A DNA stretch of 64,000 nt. Source: Gemmatimonadota bacterium. GTDB taxonomy: Bacteria; Gemmatimonadota; Gemmatimonadetes; Gemmatimonadales; Gemmatimonadaceae. The stretch's first letter is position 1; each line of letters starts with the position of its first letter. This document shows positions 47,519-57,269 of the stretch, piece after piece. A model generated the notes under the pieces. The model ran no database searches. It was not told where the DNA came from and saw only the letters and a list, made by a program, of their open reading frames with translations. The stretch lies in NCBI GenBank assembly GCA_040389905.1, contig JAZJZK010000020.1:32001-96000 (forward strand), written 5' to 3'. The position numbers and the translations under genes are program-made.

Positions 47519-49731
47519 GTCGCACTCCCGATGAAGTCTTCGATCGCGCGAAGCATCGTTTCATCATAGAAGCTGCCCTTCGTGAGGTAGTAGTCGGCGC
47601 CCGCATCGAGTCCGCGCCGACGATCCTCATCACGATCCTTGTATGACACGATCATGACGGGTGTGTTCCGAAGCTGTGGATCGCCCTTGATGCGAGTCAC
47701 CAATTCGATGCCGTCCATGCGTGGCATGTCGACGTCCGTGACGACCAGGTCGTAATGCCCGGTGCGCACGGCGTTCCATGCGTCCATTCCATCCACAGCA
47801 ACGTCGACGGCGTAGCCCTTAGCTTCGATCATCTTTCGCTCGAGTTCGCGAACGGTGAGTGAATCATCCACTACCAGCACGCGCTTTCTGGCGCCGGAGT
47901 GCGTCGCGGGCTCAGCGCGCATCGGATCGAGCCGCCCACCCGCGACGAGATTCGCCGCGGACCGAAGGAGATCATCGACATCGAGCACGAGCGTCGGCGC
48001 GCCGTCCGGCAACAGCGCCGCACCGCCGACATCCTGCACCTTCCCGAGTCGGCTATCCATGCCGCGAAGTACAAGCTCCTGTTCGCCGATGAAGCGATCG
48101 ACCACGATGCCGAGCAGCGAGTCCTGCTCACCGACCACGACCACCGAGACGATCTCTTCGAGGCCCGGCGTCGCTCGGCCAAGAAGCTGATGCGCCCAGA
48201 TCAGGCCGACCTGTTGATTGTCGAGCGCGAAGTGCTGGCGCCCTTCAATGGACTCGATCTCGTCACGCGCCACACGAAGCAGGCGATGCACGCGGGCTAA
48301 CGGGAACGAGTATGTCTCGCCGGCAACCTCCACGACGAGTGCGCGCACCACGGAGAGCGTGAGCGGCAGCTGCAACTCGAATCGCGTTCCGCCCGTGGGT
48401 ACGGGAATGATGCGAACGTCTCCGCCGATCTCGCGCACTGCCGTGAAGACCGCATCGAGACCAACACCCCGACCTGAAATCGCGGTCACTTCGTCGCGCA
48501 ATGTAAAACCGGGGAGAAAGAGAAAGTGCGTCAATTCGAGGGCGCTCATCTCCGCCGCCGCATGGCGCTCCGCAAGCCCTCGCTGCACGACTCGCTCACG
48601 CACGGCTTCGAGATCGACGCCCTTGCCGTCGTCCTCGACGCTCACGAGCAGGCGCCCTCCCGCGTGCCGCGCCTCGACGCGCACCGTTCCGCGCGCCGGT
48701 TTGCCCCAACGCTCGCGCTGCACCGGCGTCTCGATCCCGTGGTCCACGGCGTTCCTGATCAAGTGGCCAAGCGGCGCCTCGAGCCGGCGCAAGACTTCAC
48801 GGTCAACAGGTGTGGCATCTCCAACCAGGACGACGCGCGCATCCTTGCCCAGCTCGCGCGCGGTGTCGCGCAGCATGCGCGGCATGCCGGCGACGCCCTC
48901 TCCAAAGGGCCGCATACGAGCATCGAGCACCCCCTCGTACACGTGCGAGACGATGTCAGACACGCGTTGGCCGATGGAATCGAGCTCGCTCGCGTGCTCG
49001 CGACGGAGTGCCACCGAGTCGAGGATCGTCCGGTGCAGCGAACCGAGCGCGCGCAGCGCGTCCTCGTTTCCCTGGTGCTGCGAAAGTGCGGAACGCAATT
49101 CGTCCAGTGCCCGTTCGACCGTGCGATCCGATCGCCGCGCTCGCGTATCGTTTCCGGTGTGCGAGAGCAGCACACGCGACGCGACCAGCGCTTCACCGGC
49201 CAGTGACAGCAGCCGTTCGGTATTGTCGATCGCGGCACTCGCGGGAAGCTCGCCAATCTCGAGGATCTGCATGGTCTCACGCGACCGCGCGGTCGATTTG
49301 CGCGGCGCAGGAGGCGGTGGGAGAGCTTCCACGACGGGAGCTGGGGCGCCGACACTCTTGAGCGACGCAATGACCGACGAGATCGCGGCCTGCGTCTTCG
49401 GGTTCTCGGCTGCACCCGGTTCCATCTGTGATGCGGCTGACAGTGCATCGACCGCCTGCAGCAGGACATCGACTCGCTCGCGCGTGAGCTCGATGCGGCC
49501 TTCCTGCGCACCGACGAAGCACTCTTCCAGCTCATGCGCCAGCCGGACGGCGCTGTCATGTCCGACAATCCGAGCGGCACCCTTGAGCGAGTGTGCGGCA
49601 CGCATCAACTCCTCGAGATGCTCAGCAGTGATGCCGTCCTCCAGCGCGATGAGGCCGTCGGTGAGCTTCGCGACCTGACTCTGCGCCTCGACGCGAAAGA
49701 GCTCCGCGAGGGAGAAGTCATCGATGCTCAT
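47515..49731 (-). CDS. cheA: Hybrid CheA-REC kinase (WspE-like)
   Basis: MRAAHSLKGAA Hpt, HLIRNAVDHGIE, SGRGVGLD, LPLTLS, REC VVDDS..TDVDMP. Confidence 0.94.
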   Translation of the reverse strand: MSIDDFSLAELFRVEAQSQVAKLTDGLIALEDGITAEHLEELMRAAHSLKGAARIVGHDSAVRLAHELEECFVGAQEGRIELTRERVDVLLQAVDALSAASQMEPGAAENPKTQAAISSVIASLKSVGAPAPVVEALPPPPAPRKSTARSRETMQILEIGELPASAAIDNTERLLSLAGEALVASRVLLSHTGNDTRARRSDRTVERALDELRSALSQHQGNEDALRALGSLHRTILDSVALRREHASELDSIGQRVSDIVSHVYEGVLDARMRPFGEGVAGMPRMLRDTARELGKDARVVLVGDATPVDREVLRRLEAPLGHLIRNAVDHGIETPVQRERWGKPARGTVRVEARHAGGRLLVSVEDDGKGVDLEAVRERVVQRGLAERHAAAEMSALELTHFLFLPGFTLRDEVTAISGRGVGLDAVFTAVREIGGDVRIIPVPTGGTRFELQLPLTLSVVRALVVEVAGETYSFPLARVHRLLRVARDEIESIEGRQHFALDNQQVGLIWAHQLLGRATPGLEEIVSVVVVGEQDSLLGIVVDRFIGEQELVLRGMDSRLGKVQDVGGAALLPDGAPTLVLDVDDLLRSAANLVAGGRLDPMRAEPATHSGARKRVLVVDDSLTVRELERKMIEAKGYAVDVAVDGMDAWNAVRTGHYDLVVTDVDMPRMDGIELVTRIKGDPQLRNTPVMIVSYKDRDEDRRRGLDAGADYYLTKGSFYDETMLRAIEDFIGSAT

Positions 49732-50291
49732 GCGATTGCGGTCGACAAGGCATCGAGCACCTGTGTGGCGTCGAGGATGCCGACGGTGCGCCCGTCCACT
49801 TCGAGCATTGCCGTGGTGTAGGACGTTGGTGCCCGAGTGAGTGTCGGCGGTGCGGCCCGCAGCAGGGCGGGATCGTAGTGATGAACGCCCCATACCTCGT
49901 CGACCGTCATCGCCAGACGCCCGCGCGAATCACGCATCACGACCAGTCGCGGCGAGACCCGCCGGCCCGCATGCGCGCCCGTGTCGGCGTTTCGCTGAAT
50001 TCCCAGAAGCCCTGACAGCAGCACATGCACGATGAGATCGCCCCCGACATTCACGAGGCCTGCGCCACTCACACCGCGGCGGTGCGGCAGCGAATGGACC
50101 AACGAGGGCGCCTCCACCCGGTCGAGCGCAGCAGTCGGCAATCCCAGCCACTCGGTGCCGATACGAAAGACGAACACCGACGACATGGCAATGTCGTCCC
50201 GTGTCCTGGCGCGCGCGTAGTGCGCCGTCGCGGCATCGAGCGCCTCATCATCAAGTGGCCGGTCGCGCACCTGGTCGATCGCGTCCGTCAC
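49728..50291 (-). CDS. cheW: CheW-like adaptor (WspD position)
   Basis: FRIGTEWLGL, HSLPHRR, GLVNVGG, VDEV.G. Confidence 0.85.
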   Translation of the reverse strand: MTDAIDQVRDRPLDDEALDAATAHYARARTRDDIAMSSVFVFRIGTEWLGLPTAALDRVEAPSLVHSLPHRRGVSGAGLVNVGGDLIVHVLLSGLLGIQRNADTGAHAGRRVSPRLVVMRDSRGRLAMTVDEVWGVHHYDPALLRAAPPTLTRAPTSYTTAMLEVDGRTVGILDATQVLDALSTAIA

Positions 50292-51641
50292 GCGGCGCCT
50301 CCGGCCTCGTCAGCGAGCCGTCGCCGCGCCCGCGCGCGCAACCGGCTCGCTGCGGTTGTCTCGCCGCGCCCGTCGAGCGTCGCGGCAAGGTGCAGCAGTG
50401 CATCCGTGTGCGACGGATCCAGGTACAGCGCGCGTCGATAGCACGTCTCGGCACGCGCGTCGTCAGCGAGCGCCGCGTACGTCGTCCCCATGATCGCCAG
50501 TAATTCGGCGCTCACGTCCTTGCCGCTGAGCGCGCCCTCGCCGAGTTGAATGGCGTCGGTGAGGCGGCCCGCATTCGCGAGCTGCGCTATTTCCGCGATC
50601 AGGGGTGTTTGTTCGTTTTGTCGCCCTGAGCGTAGCGAAGGGCCTGCACCTTCTGTTGTTGTCCGCTCGTTTTGTCGCGGTGGACGAACGCTCTTCCGCT
50701 CGTTTTGTCGCCCTGAGCGAAGGGCCCGCACTTTTCGCACGCCGTTTCTTGCGTGCAGGCCCTTCGCTACGCTCAGGGCGACAAAACGGGCGCGGTTCAG
50801 GGTGATTGACGATATCGCCCTCAGGCTGATACTGAAACAGAAAACTCCGCTCCGCCCCTGGCACCGGAAGAAACCCGGCGCGCCGCACGGCAAACGTATC
50901 GGCTGCGCCGACCACGAGCACGCCATTCTGCGCGAGCAGCGATGTCAACGTTGCGAGCACGCGCGCCTGCGTCGAGACATCGAAGTAGATGAGGAGATTG
51001 CGACAGAAGATGACGTCATACGCCGTTCGTGGCGGCGCGAACGCCGCATCGAGCAGATTACCTTGCACGATCCGCACGAGCGCACGCACTTCCTCGCGTA
51101 TCGCTCGCCCGCCTCCGGCGTCCGTGAAGAAACGGAACCAGTGGTCCTCCGTGCTGCGAAAGGCCGCACCGCGATACACCCCTTCGCGCGCACGACGAAC
51201 TGCTTCGCGGCTCAGGTCTACCGCGTCGATCGTCATGGCGGCAGCCGGGACGCCGGCGGCGAGCAGCGTCATCGCAATGGAGTACGGCTCCTCGCCGGTG
51301 GAGCACGGCGCGCTCAACACGCGGAGCGGCGCATCTGCCGTTGGACGCCCCTCGCCATGCGCCGCGCGCAGCGCGACGGCATCGAGCGCCTCTGGCTCCC
51401 GAAAGAAGTACGTTTCCGGAATGACCACTTCCTCTACGAGCTCCTGGACTTCCTCTCGATGAGAGTCGAGGTGCGCCTCGTACGCTGCCACGCTGTCGAT
51501 TCCGGCGATCTGCATTCTGCGGCGCACGGCGCGCTGCACGAGCGAACTCCCTACGGTCGTTGGGTCGAGGCCGATCCGCTCGTGCAGCATGCGCTCGATG
51601 CGGCCAGTTCCGTCGCGCGACGCGTCTGCGGTCGCGCTCAT
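50288..51641 (-). pseudogene. cheR: CheR-TPR methyltransferase (WspC-like), frameshifted near 50718
   Basis: CheR motifs (VIPETYFFRE, PCSTGEEPYS, FCRNLLIYF) in the frame ending 50463; TPR (CYRRALYLDP.H.DALLHLA) in the frame ending 50288; span 1354 bp is not divisible by 3. Confidence 0.85.
50616..50788. repeat. Cluster of REP-like elements inside the wspC linker (two direct, one inverted, one partial)
   Basis: ttttgtcgccctgagcgtagcgaagggcctgcac; middle copy lacks TAGCG; inverted copy 50753-50788. Confidence 0.9.
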
Positions 51642-52132
51642 ACCGCGCTTCCGGCGCGAAAGAGTGCATCGCGAATCTCGGCGGACAAGAGCGTGCTTAC
51701 GTCGACCCGCTGAACGACGCCTTCCGGCGTCGTCAACACGGGGCCGAGGTACGCCGCTCCGTCCGTCGCCACGCCGGGATTGACGAAAGTAGACGGATCC
51801 ACGCGCAACGTGCCTGTGGCCGCGGGAACGAGGAGGCCAAGCAAGCAACTGCGACCCAACTCGGACTCGCGAGCGAGCGCGTCGGGCGTCCAGCGCACGA
51901 TGACGATTCGCGTCGCAAGGCGCGCCGGCGTCGCCTTGCCGAGTGCAAGCAGGTTGAGGTCGACAATCGGAATGGCGTCATCGCGATAGTTCATCACGCC
52001 GGCAATGCCGGCAGGTGCTCCGGGCAGCACCTTGAGACGCACGAGCGGAACGACCTCCTCCACCACCGACGACTCGATGGCATAGCGATCCTCGCCGAGA
52101 CGGATCACCAGAAAGAGAAGGTCTGCCGCCAC
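51638..52132 (-). CDS. cheW: CheW-like adaptor (WspB position)
   Basis: YAIE...VEEVVP, PGAP..IAG..NYR...PIVDL, TRI, LGL, YLGPV. Confidence 0.88.
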   Translation of the reverse strand: MAADLLFLVIRLGEDRYAIESSVVEEVVPLVRLKVLPGAPAGIAGVMNYRDDAIPIVDLNLLALGKATPARLATRIVIVRWTPDALARESELGRSCLLGLLVPAATGTLRVDPSTFVNPGVATDGAAYLGPVLTTPEGVVQRVDVSTLLSAEIRDALFRAGSAV

Positions 52133-52137
52133 CCGCG

Positions 52138-53745
52138 TCAGCCGGCCAGGGTGAAGCGCGAGACTCCGCTCTGCAGCCCGCGCGCCGCGTCATTGAGCTG
52201 CTCGATGGCCATGTTCGACTGCCGCAGCGAATCAGCGGTTTGCTGCGCGGCGACGCTGAGCTGCGCCAGCGCATCGCTGATTTGCTGCGCACTGATCGAT
52301 TGCGATTGCACACCCTCGTTCACCGCGTCGAAGCTCGGCGTAAGTGTCTGCACCTGGTCGATGATCTCGGAGAGCTGCGTCGTCACTTGCCCGACCGCCT
52401 CACCGCCGCGACGCACTTCCTCGGAGAACTTGTCCATGCCCATGACGCCGGCCGACACGGCGGATTGCATCTCCTTGACGAGCTGCTCGATGTCGAAGGT
52501 GGCGACCGCGGTCTGGTCGGCGAGGCGTCGGATCTCGCGCGCGACTACGGCAAAGCCGCGCCCATGCTCGCCCGCCTTTTCCGCTTCGATCGCCGCATTG
52601 AGCGAGAGCAGGTTCGTCTGGTCGGCAACCTTGTTGATCGTCGTCACGACCATGCCGATGTTCGCGGCTTTCTCGCTCAACAGCGCGAGTCGTGAGTTGA
52701 TCAGGTTGGAGGCTTCGCCGATCTGGTGCATCGAGGTCTCCATGCGCTGGAGACTGCCCTGCCCGCTCAACGCGAGCGCCGACGTCTGCGTCGCGACCTC
52801 GGATACTTCCTCGACAGTCCGCGCCAGCTCTTTCGATGTCGCGGAGATGCGCGATGCCGTCGCACCCACTTCCGACGTCGTCGCAGCGATCTCGGTCGCC
52901 GTTGCCTGCTGCTGTTTCGAGGTGGCCGCGATTTCCGTCGCCGAGCTGTTCACCTGAATGCCGGATTGTTGTACCTGCCCAATGAGCGAGGTGAGGTCGT
53001 CTGCCATCCGGTTGATGCCTTCGCCGAGTGTTCCCAGCTCATCGCGCCGCACGATCCTTACCCGCTGCCGGAAATCACCCGCACTCATGACCTGTGCCAC
53101 CGACATCAGGCGGTCGAGGCTATCCTGAATGAGCTTCGTGAGACGCCACGCACAGAGCGCTGCGACGATCGTGGCGATGACCAGCGCGATGATCAGCGTG
53201 GTAATCGCACTATTGACGAGCCCCACGATGGCCTCGGCATCGCGCACACCCGCCGCCCGGTTCATGGTGACGAGCGTATCCGTGTGCGCGATGTATTTCT
53301 CGATCAGCGGGCGAAGCTGGGTGGCCTCCGCATCCGTGATCGCGTTGTCGCCCGCGGCGGCGCGATACCGCTCCACGAACTGCAGACGCGTACTCCGTGC
53401 GAGCTCGAACTGCCGCCGGTCTTCCTCGGTGGTGATCGACAACATGTACGTCGAATCGTGGTGCGTTGCTTCGCTGAACACGCGCTCGATGGCGTCGGCG
53501 GCTTTCTGCTTCGTGACGGGGTCCGTCGCGGTGACGCGCGTCATGATCGCAGGCAGCAGATCCTTCGCGAGCGAATTCACCTGGCCCGAGATGAGAATGC
53601 CCGGGAGGACATCGACCTCGATGACCTTCGCGTCGTCCCGAATGTCCCGCAACCGAAGGAAAGTCACTCCGCCGACGGCCACCATGATCAGGATGACGGC
53701 GGAGAACGCGCTGATGATCAGCGTTCGGACGGACCAATTCTTCAT
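52138..53745 (-). CDS. Methyl-accepting chemotaxis protein (WspA-like; 4HB sensor, HAMP)
   Basis: Two TM; RRDELG.L; VADQTNLLSLNAAIEAEKAGE.GRGFAVVA.EIRRLADQTAVAT.DIE. Confidence 0.94.
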   Translation of the reverse strand: MKNWSVRTLIISAFSAVILIMVAVGGVTFLRLRDIRDDAKVIEVDVLPGILISGQVNSLAKDLLPAIMTRVTATDPVTKQKAADAIERVFSEATHHDSTYMLSITTEEDRRQFELARSTRLQFVERYRAAAGDNAITDAEATQLRPLIEKYIAHTDTLVTMNRAAGVRDAEAIVGLVNSAITTLIIALVIATIVAALCAWRLTKLIQDSLDRLMSVAQVMSAGDFRQRVRIVRRDELGTLGEGINRMADDLTSLIGQVQQSGIQVNSSATEIAATSKQQQATATEIAATTSEVGATASRISATSKELARTVEEVSEVATQTSALALSGQGSLQRMETSMHQIGEASNLINSRLALLSEKAANIGMVVTTINKVADQTNLLSLNAAIEAEKAGEHGRGFAVVAREIRRLADQTAVATFDIEQLVKEMQSAVSAGVMGMDKFSEEVRRGGEAVGQVTTQLSEIIDQVQTLTPSFDAVNEGVQSQSISAQQISDALAQLSVAAQQTADSLRQSNMAIEQLNDAARGLQSGVSRFTLAG

Positions 53746-53755
53746 ACGGGAGGCA

Positions 53756-53875
53756 GGTGACGGGATGGAGGAAACAGGTGACAGGGGTCAGGAGACAGGA
53801 ACTGCGATGCGTCTTTACTCCGAGACAGTGCCGCTGTTGCCGTTACCTGTCCCCTGCCCCTGACCCCTGTCCCCT
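53756..53875. repeat. Heptamer-unit inverted repeat (ACAGG/CCTGT) at the 3' end of topA
   Basis: acaggtgacaggggtcaggagacagg versus cctgtcccctgcccctgacccctgtcccct. Confidence 0.7.
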
Positions 53876-56324
53876 AGCCTGCTAATACAGTCTCGGCAAC
53901 ATCTGGTGTTGGCGCCACATCCCATTCGTTACCGCACTTGAGACACTTCCGGAAGTCTCCACGCGCCTTCGTGAATTTCATTTCGGCGCCCACGTAACCG
54001 CATTCCGGACAGGTTTCCGCGACCGGCTTGTTCCACGCGACGAAGTCACATGTCTCGTTGGAACAAGCGTAAAAGGCCGTACCACGCTTCTTGGAACGGC
54101 GTTCGACGAGCTCACCACCATCCTTGGGGCAGAAGACGCCCGTCGGCATCGAACGTGTGCCGCGGCACTTCGGGAACGTGCTGCAGCCGAGGAACTCACC
54201 GCTGCGGCCGGAGCGCACGACCATCGGCTCACCGCAGAGATGACAGGGAATGTCCGTCATCTTCGGCTTGGCCTTTTCGCCCTTGAGCGGCCGAGTGTAC
54301 GTGCAATTCTTCGGGTGGTTCTCGCAGGCGAGGAAAGGCCCGAAGAAGCCACCGCGTGGCTCGAGCTTCCCGCCGTCGAGCGGGCAGCGCTCATTCACCA
54401 GCGCGGAGAGATCGTGCGCCACGGCGATGAGGGCACCGAACTGGATATTCTTGAGCGACTTGTCGAATGGTCCCCAGAAATCCGCGAGTACGGCACGCCA
54501 TCCCATTTCCCCCTCTTCCACCTTGTCGAGCTCCAACTCCATGCCGGAGGTAAAGTCGACGTTGAAGATGTCAGGGAACTGCTTGACCATCACCTTCTCG
54601 ACCGTCTCGCCAAGCTCCGTCGGGAAGAAGCGCCGTTGTTCGAGGTTCACGTATCGGCGATCGGCAAGAACGCTGATGATGCTCGCGTACGTGGACGGGC
54701 GGCCGATGCCGAGGCGCTCCAGCTCCTTCACGAGACTCGCTTCCGAAAAGCGCGGAGGCGGTTCGGTGAAGTGCTGGTCCGGCGTAATCGCGTGGACAGG
54801 GATGTTCTCCCCCACCTCGATCACCGGCAACTCGTTCTCGTCCTCCAGCGCTTTCGAATCTCCTTCTTCGCGCGCTTCACGATACAACGCGAGGAAGCCC
54901 TGGAACTTGATGATGCTGCCCGTCGAGCGAAACAGGTACGAGCGGCGTCCGATGTTCGGCTGCTCCTTCGCCGGAATATCGAAATCCACGGTGGTCGTAT
55001 CGAACACCGCGGGCGCCATTTGCGAACCCATGAAGCGCTGCCAGATGAGCTGATACAGCTTGTACTGGTCGGGGCTCAGGTACTTGCGAATGTCATCCGG
55101 TCGGCGCGTAGGGTCCGTGGGACGAACACTCTCGTGCGCGTCCTGGGTGTTCTTCGCCTTGCCGTCCCCATAGAGCTGCATCTTGTCGGCGAGGAACTCC
55201 TTGCCGAACAGCGTCCGCAGGTATTCTCGCGCCGTCGTCGCCGCACTCTCCGCCACGCGTGTGGAATCGGTACGCATGTAGGTGATGAGACCGACCGCGC
55301 CCTCCGGCCCGATGTCGATGCCCTCGTAGAGATCCTGCGCCACGCGCATCGTCCGCTTGGAACCGAACGACAGCTTCTTCGCCGCTTCCTGCTGCAGCGT
55401 GGACGTCGTGAAGGGCGCCGACGGATTCTTGCGGCGCTCGCGACGCTTGACCTCGGTGACTTCGAAGGTCTTCTTGCCCTCGAGATCACCGAGAATGCGG
55501 TTCGCCTCGCTCTCGTTGTGGATCTCCGCCTTCTTCCCGTCGATCTGGTGCAGCTTCGCCGTGAAGCGCTGGCCAGCCTTCTCCAGCAAGGCCTCGATCG
55601 ACCAATACTCGACGGGCGTGAATGCACGGATTTCCCGCTCGCGCTCCACGATCAGCCGCAGCGCAACGGTCTGCACGCGCCCCGCCGAAATGCCTTTCTT
55701 CACCGTCTTCCAGAGCACCGGGCTCGCCTTGTACCCCACGAGGCGGTCGAGCACGCGCCGCGCCTGCTGCGCTTCCACCTTGCGATCGTCGATCTCGCCA
55801 GCCTGCGCAATCGCGAGCTGGACGGCGTCCTTCGTGATCTCGTGAAAGAGCACGCGCCGCACCGGAATGCTGGAGACACCGCGCTTCGGCTTGATCTGCT
55901 CGGCCACATGCCAGGCGATGGCTTCCCCTTCGCGATCAGGATCGGTCGCGATGAAGACTTCTTTCGAGTTCTTCGCGGCCGTCTTCAGGTCGGCAATCGT
56001 CTTTTCCTTGCCAGGAATCGGCACGAGATCCGGCTCGAAGCCATGGTCGATGTCGATGCCGAGCTTCTTCTCCGGGAGGTCCATGATGTGGCCGACCGTT
56101 GCCTTCACGCGGTAGGCGCGGCCAAGGTACTTCCCGATGGTTTTGGCCTTTGCCGGCGACTCGACGATGACGAGCGACGTCGTCCCCGCCGGTTCATCCG
56201 GATACACCTCTTCTACCAACGACGCCTTCCGGCGACCAGTGGTCTTCTTCGCTGCGGTCTTCTTCACACCGGTGGCGGACTTCTTCGCCACCGTGCGTTT
56301 GGTCGTGGCTTTCTTGGCTGCCAT
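53874..56324 (-). CDS. topA: DNA topoisomerase I with Lys-rich N-terminal extension and C-terminal zinc ribbons
   Basis: LVIVESPAKA, ATDPDREGE, SAGRVQ, ITYMRTD, GIGRPSTYA; repeated Cys motifs at the C-terminus. Confidence 0.97.
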   Translation of the reverse strand: MAAKKATTKRTVAKKSATGVKKTAAKKTTGRRKASLVEEVYPDEPAGTTSLVIVESPAKAKTIGKYLGRAYRVKATVGHIMDLPEKKLGIDIDHGFEPDLVPIPGKEKTIADLKTAAKNSKEVFIATDPDREGEAIAWHVAEQIKPKRGVSSIPVRRVLFHEITKDAVQLAIAQAGEIDDRKVEAQQARRVLDRLVGYKASPVLWKTVKKGISAGRVQTVALRLIVEREREIRAFTPVEYWSIEALLEKAGQRFTAKLHQIDGKKAEIHNESEANRILGDLEGKKTFEVTEVKRRERRKNPSAPFTTSTLQQEAAKKLSFGSKRTMRVAQDLYEGIDIGPEGAVGLITYMRTDSTRVAESAATTAREYLRTLFGKEFLADKMQLYGDGKAKNTQDAHESVRPTDPTRRPDDIRKYLSPDQYKLYQLIWQRFMGSQMAPAVFDTTTVDFDIPAKEQPNIGRRSYLFRSTGSIIKFQGFLALYREAREEGDSKALEDENELPVIEVGENIPVHAITPDQHFTEPPPRFSEASLVKELERLGIGRPSTYASIISVLADRRYVNLEQRRFFPTELGETVEKVMVKQFPDIFNVDFTSGMELELDKVEEGEMGWRAVLADFWGPFDKSLKNIQFGALIAVAHDLSALVNERCPLDGGKLEPRGGFFGPFLACENHPKNCTYTRPLKGEKAKPKMTDIPCHLCGEPMVVRSGRSGEFLGCSTFPKCRGTRSMPTGVFCPKDGGELVERRSKKRGTAFYACSNETCDFVAWNKPVAETCPECGYVGAEMKFTKARGDFRKCLKCGNEWDVAPTPDVAETVLAG

Positions 56325-56328
56325 GTTC

Positions 56329-56565
56329 CTAGTGAACGGTCTGAGTATCCGTCGCAGAGCCGGGATCGTCGAATCCGGCACCTTCCATCATCGAGCGCAG
56401 GTCGTCGAGCGCAATGCGTCCGTCAAACTGAAGCATTGCGCGCTCGATCACCTGCTCGAGCTCCGCGGGGTTGAGTGCCCCGGCACCGGCGAGTGCGAGC
56501 AGATGCCCCCAGGCTTCGGTGGCAAATCGGCCCCTCTCATGCGGTCCAAGAACACGTATCGTCAT
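56329..56565 (-). CDS. Short Smg/DUF494-like protein (C-terminal half only)
   Basis: IRVL.P.E, EAWG.L, E.VIERAM; directly upstream of topA, the usual smg position. Confidence 0.65.
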   Translation of the reverse strand: MTIRVLGPHERGRFATEAWGHLLALAGAGALNPAELEQVIERAMLQFDGRIALDDLRSMMEGAGFDDPGSATDTQTVH

Positions 56566-56581
56566 GTTTCTCATACTTTCG

Positions 56582-56674
56582 GCTATCAGCTATCAGCTAT
56601 CGGCAGTGTCAGCAATCCACTATACCCGCGAGAACGATCAGGTATCCTATGGCTGATCGCCGACAGCCGATAGC
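56582..56674. repeat. Heptamer (GCTATCA) inverted repeat
   Basis: gctatcagctatcagctatcggc ... gctgatcgccgacagccgatagc. Confidence 0.75.
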
Positions 56675-56723
56675 TGCCATTAATCGCTCTAAGGTAGTAG
56701 GCGAGTCAACCGCAGGTGGGGAA

Positions 56724-57269
56724 TTAACGGCTATTCAGCACCGCGATGGCTTCCAATTCCGCCGCGATCATGTCCGTAACCCGTTGTGGATCAAGACGTT
56801 CCACATCGACAATCAAGTCAGCCGATTCATACGCCGACTTGCGCGCTGCCAGGAGCCGTTCCAGCTCCCCTCTCGGATCCGGGCGCATCAGCAGCGGGCG
56901 GCTCACGGTGCCGTGACCCATCCACTTCAGTGCGGTTGCCGGGGTCGTCCGGAGGTAGACCAGCACCGCGGGCGGCCGAATCAGTGCCACCGTCGCCGCA
57001 ACGGTCATCCACCCACCGCCCGAGGACAGCACCATGTTCCCCATGTGCCGCAGTTCCGCGGTCAGCGCACGCTCGAGCTCCCGAAACTGGTGCTCGCCGC
57101 GCATGGCGAAGATTTCACTGACGCTCATTCCCTCGCGGCGCGATATCTCCTGGTCAAAGTCCAGGAACGCGCGCCCCAAGCGAGCCGCGAGGAGCGCGCC
57201 CACGGTCGTCTTTCCTGAGCCTGGGAGCCCCACCAGGATGATGTGCGGCTTCGAGGGGTCAGCCGCCAA
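56724..57269 (-). CDS. aroK: Shikimate kinase
   Basis: GLPGSGKTT, D.D, GE..FRELE, SGGG, RPLL, R...Y. Start TTG 57269 or ATG 57299. Confidence 0.92.
   Translation of the reverse strand: MAADPSKPHIILVGLPGSGKTTVGALLAARLGRAFLDFDQEISRREGMSVSEIFAMRGEHQFRELERALTAELRHMGNMVLSSGGGWMTVAATVALIRPPAVLVYLRTTPATALKWMGHGTVSRPLLMRPDPRGELERLLAARKSAYESADLIVDVERLDPQRVTDMIAAELEAIAVLNSR

Noticed and set aside
48218..49678. 486-aa antisense ORF to cheA
   Set aside because: Ser/Arg-rich shadow without motifs.
54240..56474. 744-aa antisense ORF to topA (similar ones oppose pilQ, wspA and the large lipoprotein)
   Set aside because: Antisense open frames arise from biased codon use in high-GC genes; no motifs.
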